Part shown: positions 62,601 through 64,000 of the stretch, piece after piece
How the letters are laid out: each line of letters starts with the position of its first letter
Numbering within the stretch: position 1 is the stretch's first letter
From: Rhizodiscina lignyota
Taxonomy: Eukaryota
Length of the DNA: 64,000 bases
Direction of reading: 5' to 3'
NCBI GenBank assembly: GCA_010015805.1
Contig: ML978123.1
Location: 248,001 to 312,000 of the forward strand
The notes under the pieces: generated by a model
Databases searched by the model: none
The model's input: the letters and a program-made list of their open reading frames with translations, nothing else
What the model was told of the DNA's origin: nothing
Made by a program: the position numbers and the translations under genes

Positions 62601-63400
62601 TGTATCGACGACTTCCGCAAAGAGATTGACGATAGGAGGGCCACCGAAAAGCCAGACTGCGCTACTTGCCCTCTCTGCGAGCAGTTCATCCGTGTTGGAT
62701 TCTACGAATTGAAGCGCGATGAGCTTCGAGAAGACCAGGAGGCTCGACGACGCCTCAGGGATGATCCGAAGGCAGCGAGAAAACTGGGTCGGTACAGTGG
62801 TCCCCACACGAAGACCCGTGCTCTTGTGGACTCATTGAAGATCGACGAAGCCTGGAGCAAGGAGCATCCTGATGAGGCGCCCATCAAGAGGTAAGTTCCC
62901 AATTCTACCAAAGCTTGTATATAAAGCTGACGTTCCACAGCGTTGTCTTCTCCGGCTGGACTTCCCACCTCGACCTGATCTCCATAGCTCTCACAGCCAA
63001 CGGCATCAAACACTGCCAACTCGTCGGCAGCATGTCCCGTACCCAGCGCGCCTCCGCACTCTACACCTTCGCCGAAGATCCCACCGTGACGGTCATCCTG
63101 GTGTCCATCACAGCCGGTGGTCTTGGTCTCAATCTCACCGCGGCAAACAAGGCATACGTGATGGAGCCACAATTCAATCCAGCTGCCGAGGCGCAGGCTG
63201 TCGACCGTGTGCATCGTCTGGGCCAGAAGCGCGATGTGTACATCACAAGATACATCATACAGAACAGCTTCGAGCTGAAGATGGTGGACCTGCAGAATAA
63301 GAAGAGGAAGTTGGCTGATTTGACCACTGGCAAGGGCAAGTTGAACAGGTCGGAGGAGCTGAAGAAGAGTCTTGAGGATCTCAAGGATCTTTTCAAGTAA
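59615..63400 (+). CDS. SNF2-family helicase with RING finger (Rad5/Rad16/HLTF-like)
   Basis: GGILADVMGLGKT, RIVLDEAH, RWAVTGTPVQNRL, interrupted RING (CSKC...CYQIICPAC...CPLC), GGLGLNLT, QAVDRVHRLGQ; introns ~60489-60537 and 62891-62940. 5' end ambiguous (59615 or 59852). Confidence 0.92.
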
Positions 63401-63843
63401 ACTTGCCGGATGACCGACGAGGAGGCGTCAATGGGAACTTGCAATGGGTTATTTGATTTTGGATGGACGGAGTTTCTCTCATGCATGTTTAACGGCTAGA
63501 CACACTGATCGGCCTGGGAAGGTTGAGTTCACCAGCATGAAACCTCAACTAGATGGGACGGCGTTTTATTTCCGTGGTAACATCAGCATATTTTCGAAGC
63601 CACAGCTTCCTGCACAAAAGGCTTCGGAAAATATCTGCTCCCATTTTGAGGATTCCAGGCATCATACAAGCGTCTCATGTATACTAGATTTAAGACTTCT
63701 GGCTTTCTGGCTAATGAGGATGATTGGCGTTCGATACGTCATCGTCTATATCATTCTAGCCCGCATGATCTCAAATGATTGGTGCTGCAAATAGACGATC
63801 TCTTTCAACTCTTATGTGCAAAGCATAAGCGACCATCACCATC

Positions 63844-64000
63844 TCATGAACTCTGTGCCTCAACCGTCGTCTTCTTCCCCTTCCTTGAGCGTTTCTTCTT
63901 CCCGCTCTTCTCAATCCTTCCATCCTTCACACCACCATCTACCCCACCCTTCGCGCTTCCACCATTAGGCGCATCAATCTTCACACCCTCCTCATTGCCA
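63844..64000 (-). CDS. 3' end of a gene running off the window (Gly/Lys-rich C-terminus)
   Basis: Open frame GNEEGVKIDAPNGG...SGKKKRSRKGKKTTVEAQSS* with stop at 63844-63846. Confidence 0.5.
   Translation of the reverse strand, partial: GNEEGVKIDAPNGGSAKGGVDGGVKDGRIEKSGKKKRSRKGKKTTVEAQSS

Overview
Intron-containing, gene-dense DNA from a filamentous ascomycete (GT-AG introns of ~45-100 nt with CTRAY branch points; a Dothideomycete-like origin is my inference). Conserved housekeeping genes are eEF3/TEF3, RPC11, MED31/SOH1, PAL1, a type II PI4-kinase (LSB6), a Rad5/16-type SNF2-RING helicase and an ankyrin protein. Accessory material includes two apparent pseudogenes at the left end, an AA9 LPMO, a P450, a FAD-monooxygenase/class II aldolase/DUF5519 trio, and a repeat-flanked block with an Mx-like dynamin and a HET gene that may splice onto a Myb domain. 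The most striking locus is a five-exon ~1700-aa gene (28476..23092, minus strand). It fuses an intact eukaryotic RNA-dependent RNA polymerase (DLDGD) to a complete Upf1/ZNFX1-like SF1 helicase and lies head-to-head, 223 bp away, with an AAA_28-type P-loop nucleotide-kinase-like gene. This is a candidate self-contained RNA-silencing or antiviral module. A TGCCGGA motif is clustered (11 copies) upstream of three lineage-specific genes at 12.5-19.8 kb. All family assignments come from motif recognition by eye; no database searches were run.
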